Below are positions 55,125-63,445 of a DNA stretch of 64,000 nucleotides, piece after piece (position 1 is the stretch's first letter; each line of letters begins with the position of its first letter). Position numbers and translations under genes: made by a program. The notes under the pieces were generated by a model that was not told the DNA's origin, did not search any database, and saw nothing but the letters and a program-made list of their open reading frames with translations. This DNA is from an uncultured Bacillota bacterium (GTDB lineage: Bacteria; Bacillota; Clostridia; Christensenellales; UBA1242): the NCBI GenBank assembly GCA_946499835.1, contig CAMMTJ010000003.1, positions 55,460 to 119,459 on the forward strand, given 5' to 3'.

Positions 55125-56285
55125 TTATTTACCATTCAAAAACACAATCTCTTCGCTTTGGAGAGCCTCCTCTACCAAACTTTCTATATCCAGTTTTTTC
55201 TCTTCTTTCTCGGCACGCTCTATGGTAGGTTTAATGACAGGATTTTTTGGCAAAAAGACTGTGCAACAATCTTCATAAGGCAAGATTGAAGTTTCATAGG
55301 TGTCAATATTTTTTGCCACTTGCATTATTTCTTCTTTATCCATAGCAATACAAGGTCTGAGCACAGGTAATTCTTTTACAACAGAATTTGTCACAGTCAT
55401 GCTTTGAACAGTCTGACTTGCAACCTGTCCAAGACTTTCCCCTGTCACAATTGTCAAAAGCCCATCTCTTTTGCAAATTCGCTCGGCAATTCGCATCATA
55501 ATTCTACGCATAATAGTTATCATAAACTCTGGCGCACAATGCATATGAATTGCCTCTTGCACTTTTGTGAATGACACCACATGCAACTTTATTTCATCAC
55601 AATAATGACAAAGTCTTTTAGCGAGAGTGATCACCTTTTCTTTTGCACGCTCTGAGGTGTATGGATAAGAATGAAAATGAAGGGCTTCAATTTTCAAACC
55701 TCTTTTTGAAATAAGATAGCCAGCCACAGGACTGTCAATACCACCAGAAAGAAGCAACAACCCTTTTCCAGCACTACCCAAAGGAAGTCCACCTTGGCAA
55801 GATATAGATGAAGAAAAGATGTATGCTTTTTTGTTGAGCCTTATATCAACATTGATTTCTACTTCTGGATTATAAACATCAACAGACGCCTCTTTGTTCG
55901 CTTTCAAAACCACGCCACCCAAAGTTGAAGCAAGTTCCATTGAAGTCATTGGAAAAGTTTTGTCGGCTCGTTTGACAACAACTTTGAAAGTCTTTTTGCC
56001 AAGATTTATCTTCTTTACTGCATCTTCAATGCTTTTATAGTCTGCATCAACCTCTTCTGCCAGTGACAGACTGTGTAGTCCAAAAACCTTCAAAAGTTTT
56101 GAGACAATCTCACTTTCTCTTTGCTCATCATAATCGCTTATCACATATCGCCCAAAAGTTTTTGAAAACTTGAAAGTCTCTCCTTCCAACTTTTTCTTTA
56201 TATTCTCAATCAAGATGCTTTCAAAGATGTTTCTGTTGTTACCTTTGAGATAAAGTTCACCAAATCTAAGCAAAATTGTTCTCAT
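55125..56285 (-). CDS. thiI: tRNA 4-thiouridine(8) synthase ThiI
   Basis: THUMP N-terminal region plus PP-loop LLLSGGIDSPVAGY. Confidence 0.93.
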   Translation of the reverse strand: MRTILLRFGELYLKGNNRNIFESILIENIKKKLEGETFKFSKTFGRYVISDYDEQRESEIVSKLLKVFGLHSLSLAEEVDADYKSIEDAVKKINLGKKTFKVVVKRADKTFPMTSMELASTLGGVVLKANKEASVDVYNPEVEINVDIRLNKKAYIFSSSISCQGGLPLGSAGKGLLLLSGGIDSPVAGYLISKRGLKIEALHFHSYPYTSERAKEKVITLAKRLCHYCDEIKLHVVSFTKVQEAIHMHCAPEFMITIMRRIMMRIAERICKRDGLLTIVTGESLGQVASQTVQSMTVTNSVVKELPVLRPCIAMDKEEIMQVAKNIDTYETSILPYEDCCTVFLPKNPVIKPTIERAEKEEKKLDIESLVEEALQSEEIVFLNGK

Positions 56286-57397
56286 CTCACCCTCTCCCTC
56301 AAATCCAAATATTTTTTCACAAGCATTTCTCCTGCATATGCGACATCTTCTTCGTCAAGATAAGCATTGAAAGAGACGCGTATTGAAGATTTGATTTTCT
56401 CTGCCGAGTAACCCATACTTTGCAAAACGCGGTTGCCCGCTTTTTTTGCACTGCAAGCACTACCCATGCCCACAATAACCTCATCTTGCACATCTCTCAT
56501 CAGTGTTTCACCGTTCACACCTGCAAAAGACAGGCTGATGATATATGGACTACCAGCCTCTATATACTCAATACCGTCCACGCCAGAAATAGCATGCTTG
56601 AAAATGGAGTTAAGCCTTTTGACCTTTTCCAAATTCTTTTCAGTGTCAATCATTTCGCATGATTTTGCCATAGCCATGATGCCTGCCACATTTTCTGTGC
56701 CAGAACGATAACCGCCCTCTTGACCACCGCCAAAAATGATGTTTTTGAGCCCTTGTTTATTTTTTACATAAAGTGCCCCAACACCTTTGGGACCATGAAA
56801 TTTATGTGCCGAAATGGTATATAAATCAATACCAAGATCGTTGAGCGAAAATGGTATTTTGCAAAAAGCCTGCACGCCATCGACATGCAAAAGTGCTTTT
56901 GGTGAAAGTCTATCACGATGCGCCTTTATCCTTTTGATGTCATTTATGGCGCCTGTTTCATTGCTCACATGCATAACAGAGATAAGTCTTGTCTTGTCAT
57001 TCAAAACTTTCTCAATTTCATCGTAATCTACTTGACCATTTTTTCCAAGTGGAATTATATGCACGATATGGCCTTCCTGCTCCAAAGCCTTTGCAACGTT
57101 ATAAACGCTTGGATGCTCTCCCTCAGAAAAAACATACTCCCATTTGCCAGAACGCACACTGCCCCTAATTGCAAGATTGTTGCTCTCTGTCGCGCCACCA
57201 GTGAAGATAATGTCGCCTTTGTCAACAGAGAGACGTTTTTTCAAAAGTTCTCTCACCTCATCAAGTTTTTTTGAAATCTCAACTGCCTTGCCATAGCCAG
57301 CAGAAGGATTGAAAAAGTTTGTGCAAGCGTATTCTTTATAAACACTTGCACTTTCTTCAAACATTTTTGTTGTTGCCGCATTATCAAGATAAATCAT
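56282..57397 (-). CDS. iscS: cysteine desulfurase (NifS/IscS family), ThiI partner
   Basis: MIYLDNAATT N-terminus, PLP lysine motif SAHKFHGPKG and active-site GSACSA. Overlaps thiI by 4 nt. Confidence 0.9.
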   Translation of the reverse strand: MIYLDNAATTKMFEESASVYKEYACTNFFNPSAGYGKAVEISKKLDEVRELLKKRLSVDKGDIIFTGGATESNNLAIRGSVRSGKWEYVFSEGEHPSVYNVAKALEQEGHIVHIIPLGKNGQVDYDEIEKVLNDKTRLISVMHVSNETGAINDIKRIKAHRDRLSPKALLHVDGVQAFCKIPFSLNDLGIDLYTISAHKFHGPKGVGALYVKNKQGLKNIIFGGGQEGGYRSGTENVAGIMAMAKSCEMIDTEKNLEKVKRLNSIFKHAISGVDGIEYIEAGSPYIISLSFAGVNGETLMRDVQDEVIVGMGSACSAKKAGNRVLQSMGYSAEKIKSSIRVSFNAYLDEEDVAYAGEMLVKKYLDLRERVR

Positions 57398-59793
57398 CTT
57401 AAAACTGCCCCAAATCTAAATGACAAAGCCTTCAAAACTTTGTTTATAACGCCGGTCACATCTTCCTCAGTCAAAGTCTTGTTTTCGTCAGAAAGTCTTA
57501 TGTTGAAAGCCAAACTTTTCTTGCCTTCACCAAGCGCACTGCTTCGATAAATATCAAAAAGTTTGACGCCATAGAATAATTTGCCACAAGCAGACTTAAT
57601 TGCCTTTGAAAGTTCTTCGACTGTCTTATCCTCATCAACAACGATGGCTATATCTCTTTCAACAACAGGGAATTTTGGCACTGCCTTTACACTGTATCTC
57701 TTAGCCGGCAACTCAGCAAGGAAAGATGTGTCAAGTTCGGCATAATAGGTCTTTTCGCTCACCTCATAATTCTTGGCAACAAGTGGATGAATTTGACCGA
57801 AACGTCCAACAACCTTATCGTCAACAATTATATCAGCAGAAACGCCAGGATGAAGATATGGCTCAGTTGATCTTTGAAGAGCAAATGAAGAACAAACTGT
57901 GCTCATAAGACCTTCAATTACCCATTTCATGTTAAAGAAATCAAATCCATTTTCATGCACAACAAGAGCAAGTCTGTTTTTCTCAACAGGAAGTTCTTTG
58001 AGTGGCAGTTCTTTTGGTAAATAAATTCTTCCAGCCTCGAACAATCTTGCATCCTTGTTACCTACGCGTTGATTATATGACAACACGCTGAGAAGTGAAT
58101 GCGCCATAGAAGTGCGGAGACATGAAATTTCATCACTGATTGGGTTTGAAACTCTGATCATATTTTTTCGCTCATCTTCGAGAAGCAATTTTTCTGCCAT
58201 ATTTGATGGAACAAGTGAATAGTTGACAGTCTCATTGAAGCCATAATCAACAAGCACTCCTCTCATTTTGCGTTCCATTGCAAGTCTTGGATGATTTTGA
58301 CCTTCTGTCACTCTTGCATTTTCAAACAAGGCAATATCAACCTTGTCATAGACATCATAGCCATACATTCTTATCACTTCTTCTGCCAGATCATTGCAGT
58401 TTGAAATGTCTTCGCGGTATGGCGGAACTTTACATTCAAGCCTATCACCCACAACCTTTGTTTCTATACCAAGGTTGTCAAGAATATTTTTCATCTTGCT
58501 TGCAGGAATGGTTACGCCAAGAATTGAATTTATTTCACTCACAGAGCCAACAATATCTCTTGCCTCATTCTTCTTTGAAGAGATGTCTATCACTCCTCTA
58601 ACCACTTTGCCACAGCCAAGTTTGCTCACAAGATGCAACGCTCTGCAAAGTCCCATTTCAGCATTTGCAACATTGACACCTTTTTCATAACGAGCAGACG
58701 AATCAGTCCTAACGCCAATCTTTCTGCTGGTAAGCCTGATATTTTTAAGATCAAAAACAGCCGCTTCCAAAACCACAGTTTTTGTGTCTTGTTCAATGCA
58801 TGAATTTGTTCCGCCAATGACACCTGCAATAACCATTGGCTTTTCTTCATCTGCAATCACCATAACATCTTTGTCAAGAGTATATGTGTTGTGATTGAGA
58901 ACGGTTATTTTCTCTCCCTCACGCGCCTGTCTAACAACAATTTTTTGACCACCAATATGAGTTTGGTCAAAAGCGTGAAGAGGTTGTCCCATTTCTATAA
59001 GCACATAGTTTGTTATATCAACCATGGTTGAAATAGGTTTGATGTCAACAGCATTGAGTCTTGCTCTCATCCAGAGTGGTGAACGCTGAATTTTCACATC
59101 AGTTATGGCACCTGCCATATAGCGATAACAGTTTGCCGTTTCAACTGTGACATTGACATAATTTCTCACTGTATCTTTTGAATATATGTCAATTGGGAAG
59201 TTGAGATTAACCTTTTTCATAGGTCTTCCAAGAAGGGCACAAACTTCTCTTGCAAGCCCAATAACGCTCATGCAATCAGCACGATTTGGAGTAACTCCAA
59301 CATCAAAAATGACATCGTCAAGCATAAGAGCCTTATCGATAGGCGTCCCCACTTTGAAATCATTTGGCAAAATGAGGATACCGTTGACTCCAGCGCCTTC
59401 AAAATAATTTTCATCAATGCCAAGTTCTTCGCCCGAACAAAACATTCCCCTAGATTCAACTCCACGCAAGCGAGAAACTTCAATTTTGACACCATTGACA
59501 AGATCGGCACCAGGCAATGACACAGGAACAACTGCCCCTTCAAAGACGTTTGTGGCAGCAGTAATAATTTGTGTGGTTTCCTTGCCAATATCCACTTGAC
59601 AAACAACAAGTTTGTCAGCCTGAGGATGTCTTTCAATCTTCAAAATTTTGCCGACAACAACGTGATGAAGATGCTCATTTTGATAAATTATCTCTTCAAC
59701 TTCCATTCCAGCGTTTGTCAGTTTTTTTGCAAGTTCTTCTGGGCTTACATCAATATCAACGAAATCTTTAAGCCAGTTGTAAGTTATCTTCAT
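57394..59793 (-). CDS. pheT: phenylalanyl-tRNA synthetase beta subunit
   Basis: MKITYNWLKDFVDI N-terminus, and the tRNA-binding, B3/4, B5 and FDX-ACB regions are recognisable. Confidence 0.95.
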   Translation of the reverse strand: MKITYNWLKDFVDIDVSPEELAKKLTNAGMEVEEIIYQNEHLHHVVVGKILKIERHPQADKLVVCQVDIGKETTQIITAATNVFEGAVVPVSLPGADLVNGVKIEVSRLRGVESRGMFCSGEELGIDENYFEGAGVNGILILPNDFKVGTPIDKALMLDDVIFDVGVTPNRADCMSVIGLAREVCALLGRPMKKVNLNFPIDIYSKDTVRNYVNVTVETANCYRYMAGAITDVKIQRSPLWMRARLNAVDIKPISTMVDITNYVLIEMGQPLHAFDQTHIGGQKIVVRQAREGEKITVLNHNTYTLDKDVMVIADEEKPMVIAGVIGGTNSCIEQDTKTVVLEAAVFDLKNIRLTSRKIGVRTDSSARYEKGVNVANAEMGLCRALHLVSKLGCGKVVRGVIDISSKKNEARDIVGSVSEINSILGVTIPASKMKNILDNLGIETKVVGDRLECKVPPYREDISNCNDLAEEVIRMYGYDVYDKVDIALFENARVTEGQNHPRLAMERKMRGVLVDYGFNETVNYSLVPSNMAEKLLLEDERKNMIRVSNPISDEISCLRTSMAHSLLSVLSYNQRVGNKDARLFEAGRIYLPKELPLKELPVEKNRLALVVHENGFDFFNMKWVIEGLMSTVCSSFALQRSTEPYLHPGVSADIIVDDKVVGRFGQIHPLVAKNYEVSEKTYYAELDTSFLAELPAKRYSVKAVPKFPVVERDIAIVVDEDKTVEELSKAIKSACGKLFYGVKLFDIYRSSALGEGKKSLAFNIRLSDENKTLTEEDVTGVINKVLKALSFRFGAVLR

Positions 59794-59802
59794 TTCTTCC
59801 TC

Positions 59803-60822
59803 CTACTTCATTTGGTTTAAGAAACGCACATCGTTTCTATACATTGTCCTAAGGTCTGGCACGCTGTTGAGCACCATTGCACTTCTCTCAATACCAATTC
59901 CAAAAGCAAAGCCCTTGTATTTCTTGCTGTCAATGCCTGCAATCTCAAACACTTTTGGATTAACCACACCTGCGCCAAGGATTTCCAAGAACCCTGTTCC
60001 TTTGCAAGTTTTGCAGCCTTGTCCATGACAATTTGGACAACTTACATCAACCTCAACGCTAGGCTCTGTAAATGGGAAATATGAAGGCCTAAATCTTACC
60101 TTTGTTCCCTCGCCATAAAGACGCCTCATCATTTCGCTCAACATGATTTTGAGGTCTGCCATTGACACATTTTCATCAACAACAAGCCCTTCAAGTTGAT
60201 GAAAGACTGGTGAATGGGTTGAGTCGCTGTCATTTCTGTAAGTTTTTCCAGGAGCAATAATCTTGAATGGAGGTTTTCTTGTTTCAAGTTCTCTTGACTG
60301 AACGGCTGATGTTTGCGTGCGAAGAAGGATGTTTTCTGTGATATAGAAAGAATCTTGCATATCTCTTGCTGGGTGATTTTTTGGAGTGTTCATCGCCTCG
60401 AAGTTGTAATAATCACTTTCAACCTCTGGCCCCTCAACCACTGTAAATCCCATGTCAACACAAATATCAATCAGTTCGTCAAGCACTGACATAATAGGAT
60501 GAATTGATCCTTTTTCTTGTCCTTTTGAAGGCTCTGTAATATCAATTTTTTCTCCTTGCAACTTGGCAGAAAGTGCTTCCCTTTCAAAAGCCTTTTCTTT
60601 TTGTGACAAAGCCTCTTCAATGCAAGTTCTCACTTCATTGACAATAGATCCAATCTTAGGTCTATCCTCTGGTGCAACAGAGCGCATATTACGAAGAACA
60701 GCAGTAAGTTCACCTGCCTTGCCAAGATATTTGACTTTTACATCGCTCAGCGATTTTGCATCAAGTGCCCCTTTAATGTCTTTAAGCGCATTTTCTTTGA
60801 TTAACAAAAGTTCTTGTTCCAT
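59803..60822 (-). CDS. pheS: phenylalanyl-tRNA synthetase alpha subunit
   Basis: HPARDMQDSFY, FRPSYFPFTEPS and GFAFGIGIER are the class II motifs. Confidence 0.95.
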   Translation of the reverse strand: MEQELLLIKENALKDIKGALDAKSLSDVKVKYLGKAGELTAVLRNMRSVAPEDRPKIGSIVNEVRTCIEEALSQKEKAFEREALSAKLQGEKIDITEPSKGQEKGSIHPIMSVLDELIDICVDMGFTVVEGPEVESDYYNFEAMNTPKNHPARDMQDSFYITENILLRTQTSAVQSRELETRKPPFKIIAPGKTYRNDSDSTHSPVFHQLEGLVVDENVSMADLKIMLSEMMRRLYGEGTKVRFRPSYFPFTEPSVEVDVSCPNCHGQGCKTCKGTGFLEILGAGVVNPKVFEIAGIDSKKYKGFAFGIGIERSAMVLNSVPDLRTMYRNDVRFLNQMK

Positions 60823-60838
60823 TTCTTTCTCCTTTTAC

Positions 60839-61095
60839 AAAAAAAGTCTCTTCCCCTTGATTTTAGGGCGAAAGAGACCTCACGCGTTACCACCTAAATT
60901 TGTTGAAAACAACCTTCATTTGTCTTTCACGCAGACTCACGGCAATGACTACACACGTTTTTACGCTTCACCATGCGACTGGAAAGTGAATTCACTTTAT
61001 GGAAACTGCCTCGCTCTCAGCCTACGACTTGGCTCTCTGAAAATCTCCGACAAAAAGTTACTGCTCTTTCGTTTTCGCCTTTTTAAGTTGTATAC
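60839..61095 (-). promoter_or_regulatory. T-box riboswitch leader of pheST
   Basis: On the minus strand: T-box core AATTTAGGTGGTAACGCG (60900-60883). Terminator GTCTCTTTCGCCCT/AGGGGAAGAGAC followed by T7 (60878-60839). Stem I AGAGAG and GCTGAGAG elements. A GAA-UUC-A context (UUC at 60990-60988) is the candidate Phe specifier. Confidence 0.85.
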
Positions 61096-61101
61096 TTTGT
61101 C

Positions 61102-61131
61102 ATTATATCTCTTACAAAAGCAAATTGTCAA
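61102..61131 (-). promoter_or_regulatory. promoter of the pheST T-box leader
   Basis: On the minus strand: TTGACA (61131-61126), an 18-bp spacer, then TATAAT (61107-61102). Confidence 0.55.
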
Positions 61132-61166
61132 GCAAAAGAAGGCTTTTTGCAAACTTTTCAAAAAAG

Positions 61167-61195
61167 TTGATATTGAAAAGGAAAAATGATAAAAT
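61167..61195 (+). promoter_or_regulatory. promoter with predicted leaderless start for the RluA-family gene
   Basis: TTGATA (61167-61172), a 17-bp spacer, then TGa-TAAAAT (61187-61195). The ATG at 61202 is exactly 7 nt after the hexamer and has no SD. Confidence 0.55.
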
Positions 61196-61201
61196 GAGCA
61201 C

Positions 61202-62053
61202 ATGAAAATGACTTCATTTGTTATCGATAAGCCATACAAATCAATATTTTTCTTTCTTAAAAACAATGGCTTTTCTGAAAACTATATCTCCAACTTGCGA
61301 AAAACTTGGGGAAACTTTGTCTTAAACGGCATTGAAGTCAATATAAGAGCCCCTCTTAAAAAAGGAGATGTTCTCAAAATAAACAGCAGCCCAAACCAGA
61401 AAACCACTATTATGCGTTGCATACTACCACTAGATATTGTATATGAAGATGAATACTACTTACTAATCAACAAACCAGCGGGACTTTCAACCTCTCCATC
61501 ACGATCACATTATGCACAAAACCTCTCAGGAGCAATATGTGCATATATGGACAAGTTTGATCCCGAATTTGTTCTGCGTATTGCTGGCCGTTTGGACAAA
61601 GATACATCTGGAATTGTCATAGTTGCAAAAGACAGCATTTCAATGAAAGAACTTAAAATTCTTGACAAAACATATTATGCCATTTGTGAAGGTGTTATTG
61701 ATAAGGATGAGATTGTTGACAAAAAAATTTTAACCATTACTGAAAATGGCGTCAACAAACAAAAACGAGAGATATCCCCTCTTGGCAAGGAGGCAAAAAC
61801 ATTTGTCCATCCTATCAAAAATGATGGACAGCACACTTTGATTAGATTGAACCTTGAACATGGCAGAACCCATCAAATAAGAGTGCATTTGGCAAGCATT
61901 GGGCACCCTCTTGTTGGCGACACTCTTTATGGCAAACTTTCACTTTTTATAAACAGATGTGCACTCCACTGCCGAGAAATAAAGTTTTATCATTATATAA
62001 AAAAGGAAGAGATTGTGATAACCACACCTCTTCCAAAAGATTTCTTTCTATAA
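61202..62053 (+). CDS. RluA-family pseudouridine synthase
   Basis: S4-like N-terminus, catalytic block RLDKDTSGIVIVAKD, and HQIRVHLASIGHPLVGDTLYG. Confidence 0.88.
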   Translation: MKMTSFVIDKPYKSIFFFLKNNGFSENYISNLRKTWGNFVLNGIEVNIRAPLKKGDVLKINSSPNQKTTIMRCILPLDIVYEDEYYLLINKPAGLSTSPSRSHYAQNLSGAICAYMDKFDPEFVLRIAGRLDKDTSGIVIVAKDSISMKELKILDKTYYAICEGVIDKDEIVDKKILTITENGVNKQKREISPLGKEAKTFVHPIKNDGQHTLIRLNLEHGRTHQIRVHLASIGHPLVGDTLYGKLSLFINRCALHCREIKFYHYIKKEEIVITTPLPKDFFL

Positions 62054-62389
62054 ATGACTATCTTTTTCGATTTTGCTTATTTTATCATTCAAAAAGTCCA
62101 TGTTTTCTTTATAAACTCTTTCTGTGTCTGGTGAAATAAAGGTATTTTCTCCTTTCATATCATTATATGACTTTTCAAGCCTTAACCTGTGATAATTAAG
62201 AGTTTTTAAGTCAGAAAATTTTGGCGAACGAATTTCTTTTAAGTATTCACTTGCAGGCAAAAAAGTCTTTTTCTTGTGCAAAGAAAGATATTGAAAACCA
62301 TCTGGGCCACCATAACCCAATCTTAATATTTTACCATTATACCTTATTCGTGTTGGCAAAAGATTGTCGCCTAGTCTAGAAAAAGCCAT
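62048..62389 (-). CDS. hypothetical 113-aa protein, no family recognised
   Basis: ATG lies behind AAGGAGG. Its 3' end overlaps the convergent RluA-family gene by 6 nt. Confidence 0.6.
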   Translation of the reverse strand: MAFSRLGDNLLPTRIRYNGKILRLGYGGPDGFQYLSLHKKKTFLPASEYLKEIRSPKFSDLKTLNYHRLRLEKSYNDMKGENTFISPDTERVYKENMDFLNDKISKIEKDSHL

Positions 62390-62491
62390 AACAGCCTCCT
62401 TTTTTCATAAGTATATCACGTCGACCACCATTTGACAATAAGGAAAATTGAGAATTTTAAGGAAAAAATTTATATTTTTATACAATTTTGC

Positions 62492-62520
62492 TTGACAAGT
62501 TTTGTTATATTATATATAAT
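62492..62520 (+). promoter_or_regulatory. promoter of the solitary tRNA-Leu gene
   Basis: TTGACA (62492-62497), a 17-bp spacer, then TATAAT (62515-62520). Both hexamers match consensus perfectly. Confidence 0.6.
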
Positions 62521-62545
62521 TGCCTAGTAACCTATAAAAAAGTAT

Positions 62546-62627
62546 GCAGGCGTGGCGGAATGGCAGACGCGCATGTTTAAGGGGCATGTTCGAAAGAGTG
62601 TGGGTTCAAGTCCCACCGCCTGCACCA
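62546..62627 (+). tRNA. tRNA-Leu, class II, anticodon read by eye as AAG, CCA encoded
   Basis: Acceptor GCAGGCG/CGCCTGC. D arm GCG-GAATGGCAGA-CGC. Anticodon stem CATGT/GCATG with loop TTAAGGG. An 11-nt variable arm. T arm GTGGG-TTCAAGT-CCCAC. Discriminator A73, then CCA. Confidence 0.85.
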
Positions 62628-62630
62628 AAC

Positions 62631-62670
62631 AAAAATAATCCGAACCATTTTGATTCGGATTATTTTTGTT
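62631..62670 (+). terminator. rho-independent terminator after tRNA-Leu
   Basis: Roughly 14-bp stem AAAAATAATCCGAA (62631-62644) pairs with TTCGGATTATTTTT (62654-62667) and is followed by a T-rich tract. Confidence 0.8.
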
Positions 62671-62721
62671 TATATTCTTATTTTTTCTCTTTTCACTTTT
62701 CTCTATTATTATTTATTCGAA

Positions 62722-63300
62722 TTATTTTCTACCAAAAAACTTGTCGTCAAATTCTTTAAGCCCTTCAAAATAGTTTTGAACAGACTTTGCCTTATATTGT
62801 TTTGCAGTTGAAATAATTTTATCCATGCTTACAATACCAACTGCCTTTTGCATCAAAAGATGATTGATTACCTTTTCAACATATTCCTTATTTTCGCTAT
62901 ATTTTTGAACCTCAATATTTCCAAGTTTGACATTTTTCATTATCTCATCGTAAAGATTTATTTTTTTCTTATGAACAATCTTTGCCTTGCTTTTTTTATA
63001 ATATTCAATTTGCCATTCTCCCTGCACAAAGTCGGCATCTTCAAGTTGATAAACAAATGCAATTTTATCCTTAAAGTCCAATTCAAAAATGTTTGGAAAA
63101 TGTTCCTCATATTTTATCCCCAATTTTCCATTCTTCAAAGGTAATGTGGAAATGAGAGACCCCAAATCTCGTAAACTATCATTATTTCTGCCAAAAATTA
63201 AGCACTGAAACTCCTCTTTTGTTCCATAAATTTTGCCATTTTTCTCGCTTGGCAACAAACAATCTCCTACATTTAGTTCAACGCTGGTGGCATGAAACAT
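62722..63300 (-). CDS. hypothetical 192-aa protein, no family recognised
   Basis: ATG at 63300 lies 5 nt after GAGGGA. The track's GTG at 63312 overlaps the SD. Confidence 0.6.
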   Translation of the reverse strand: MFHATSVELNVGDCLLPSEKNGKIYGTKEEFQCLIFGRNNDSLRDLGSLISTLPLKNGKLGIKYEEHFPNIFELDFKDKIAFVYQLEDADFVQGEWQIEYYKKSKAKIVHKKKINLYDEIMKNVKLGNIEVQKYSENKEYVEKVINHLLMQKAVGIVSMDKIISTAKQYKAKSVQNYFEGLKEFDDKFFGRK

Positions 63301-63410
63301 ACTTTCCCTCACTTTTTTTTCATTATATAATAATCATCAAACAAATTCAACTTTTTTTATAAATTTCAAACAAAACACTCCTCTACTTATAAGATAAATC
63401 ATGCCATCAC

Positions 63411-63439
63411 TTGCACAAAGTCAGTTTTTATGATAGAAT
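63411..63439 (+). promoter_or_regulatory. promoter with predicted leaderless start for the transglutaminase-like gene
   Basis: TTGCAC (63411-63416), a 17-bp spacer, then TGa-TAGAAT (63431-63439). The ATG at 63446 is exactly 7 nt after the hexamer and has no SD. Confidence 0.5.
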
Positions 63440-63445
63440 GTGATT

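Noticed and set aside
60563-61189. A 208-aa plus-strand ORF spanning the pheS 5' end and upstream region.
   Set aside because: The region is explained by pheS plus its T-box leader on the opposite strand. The ORF has no SD and a low-complexity sequence.
62570-62590. An alternative fold of the tRNA anticodon arm (stem GCATG/CATGT with a 9-nt loop), which might change the anticodon call.
   Set aside because: A 9-nt loop is non-canonical, and its central triplet is still AAG. The 7-nt loop fold with a U-G closing pair is preferred. This is flagged for tRNAscan-SE confirmation rather than dismissed.
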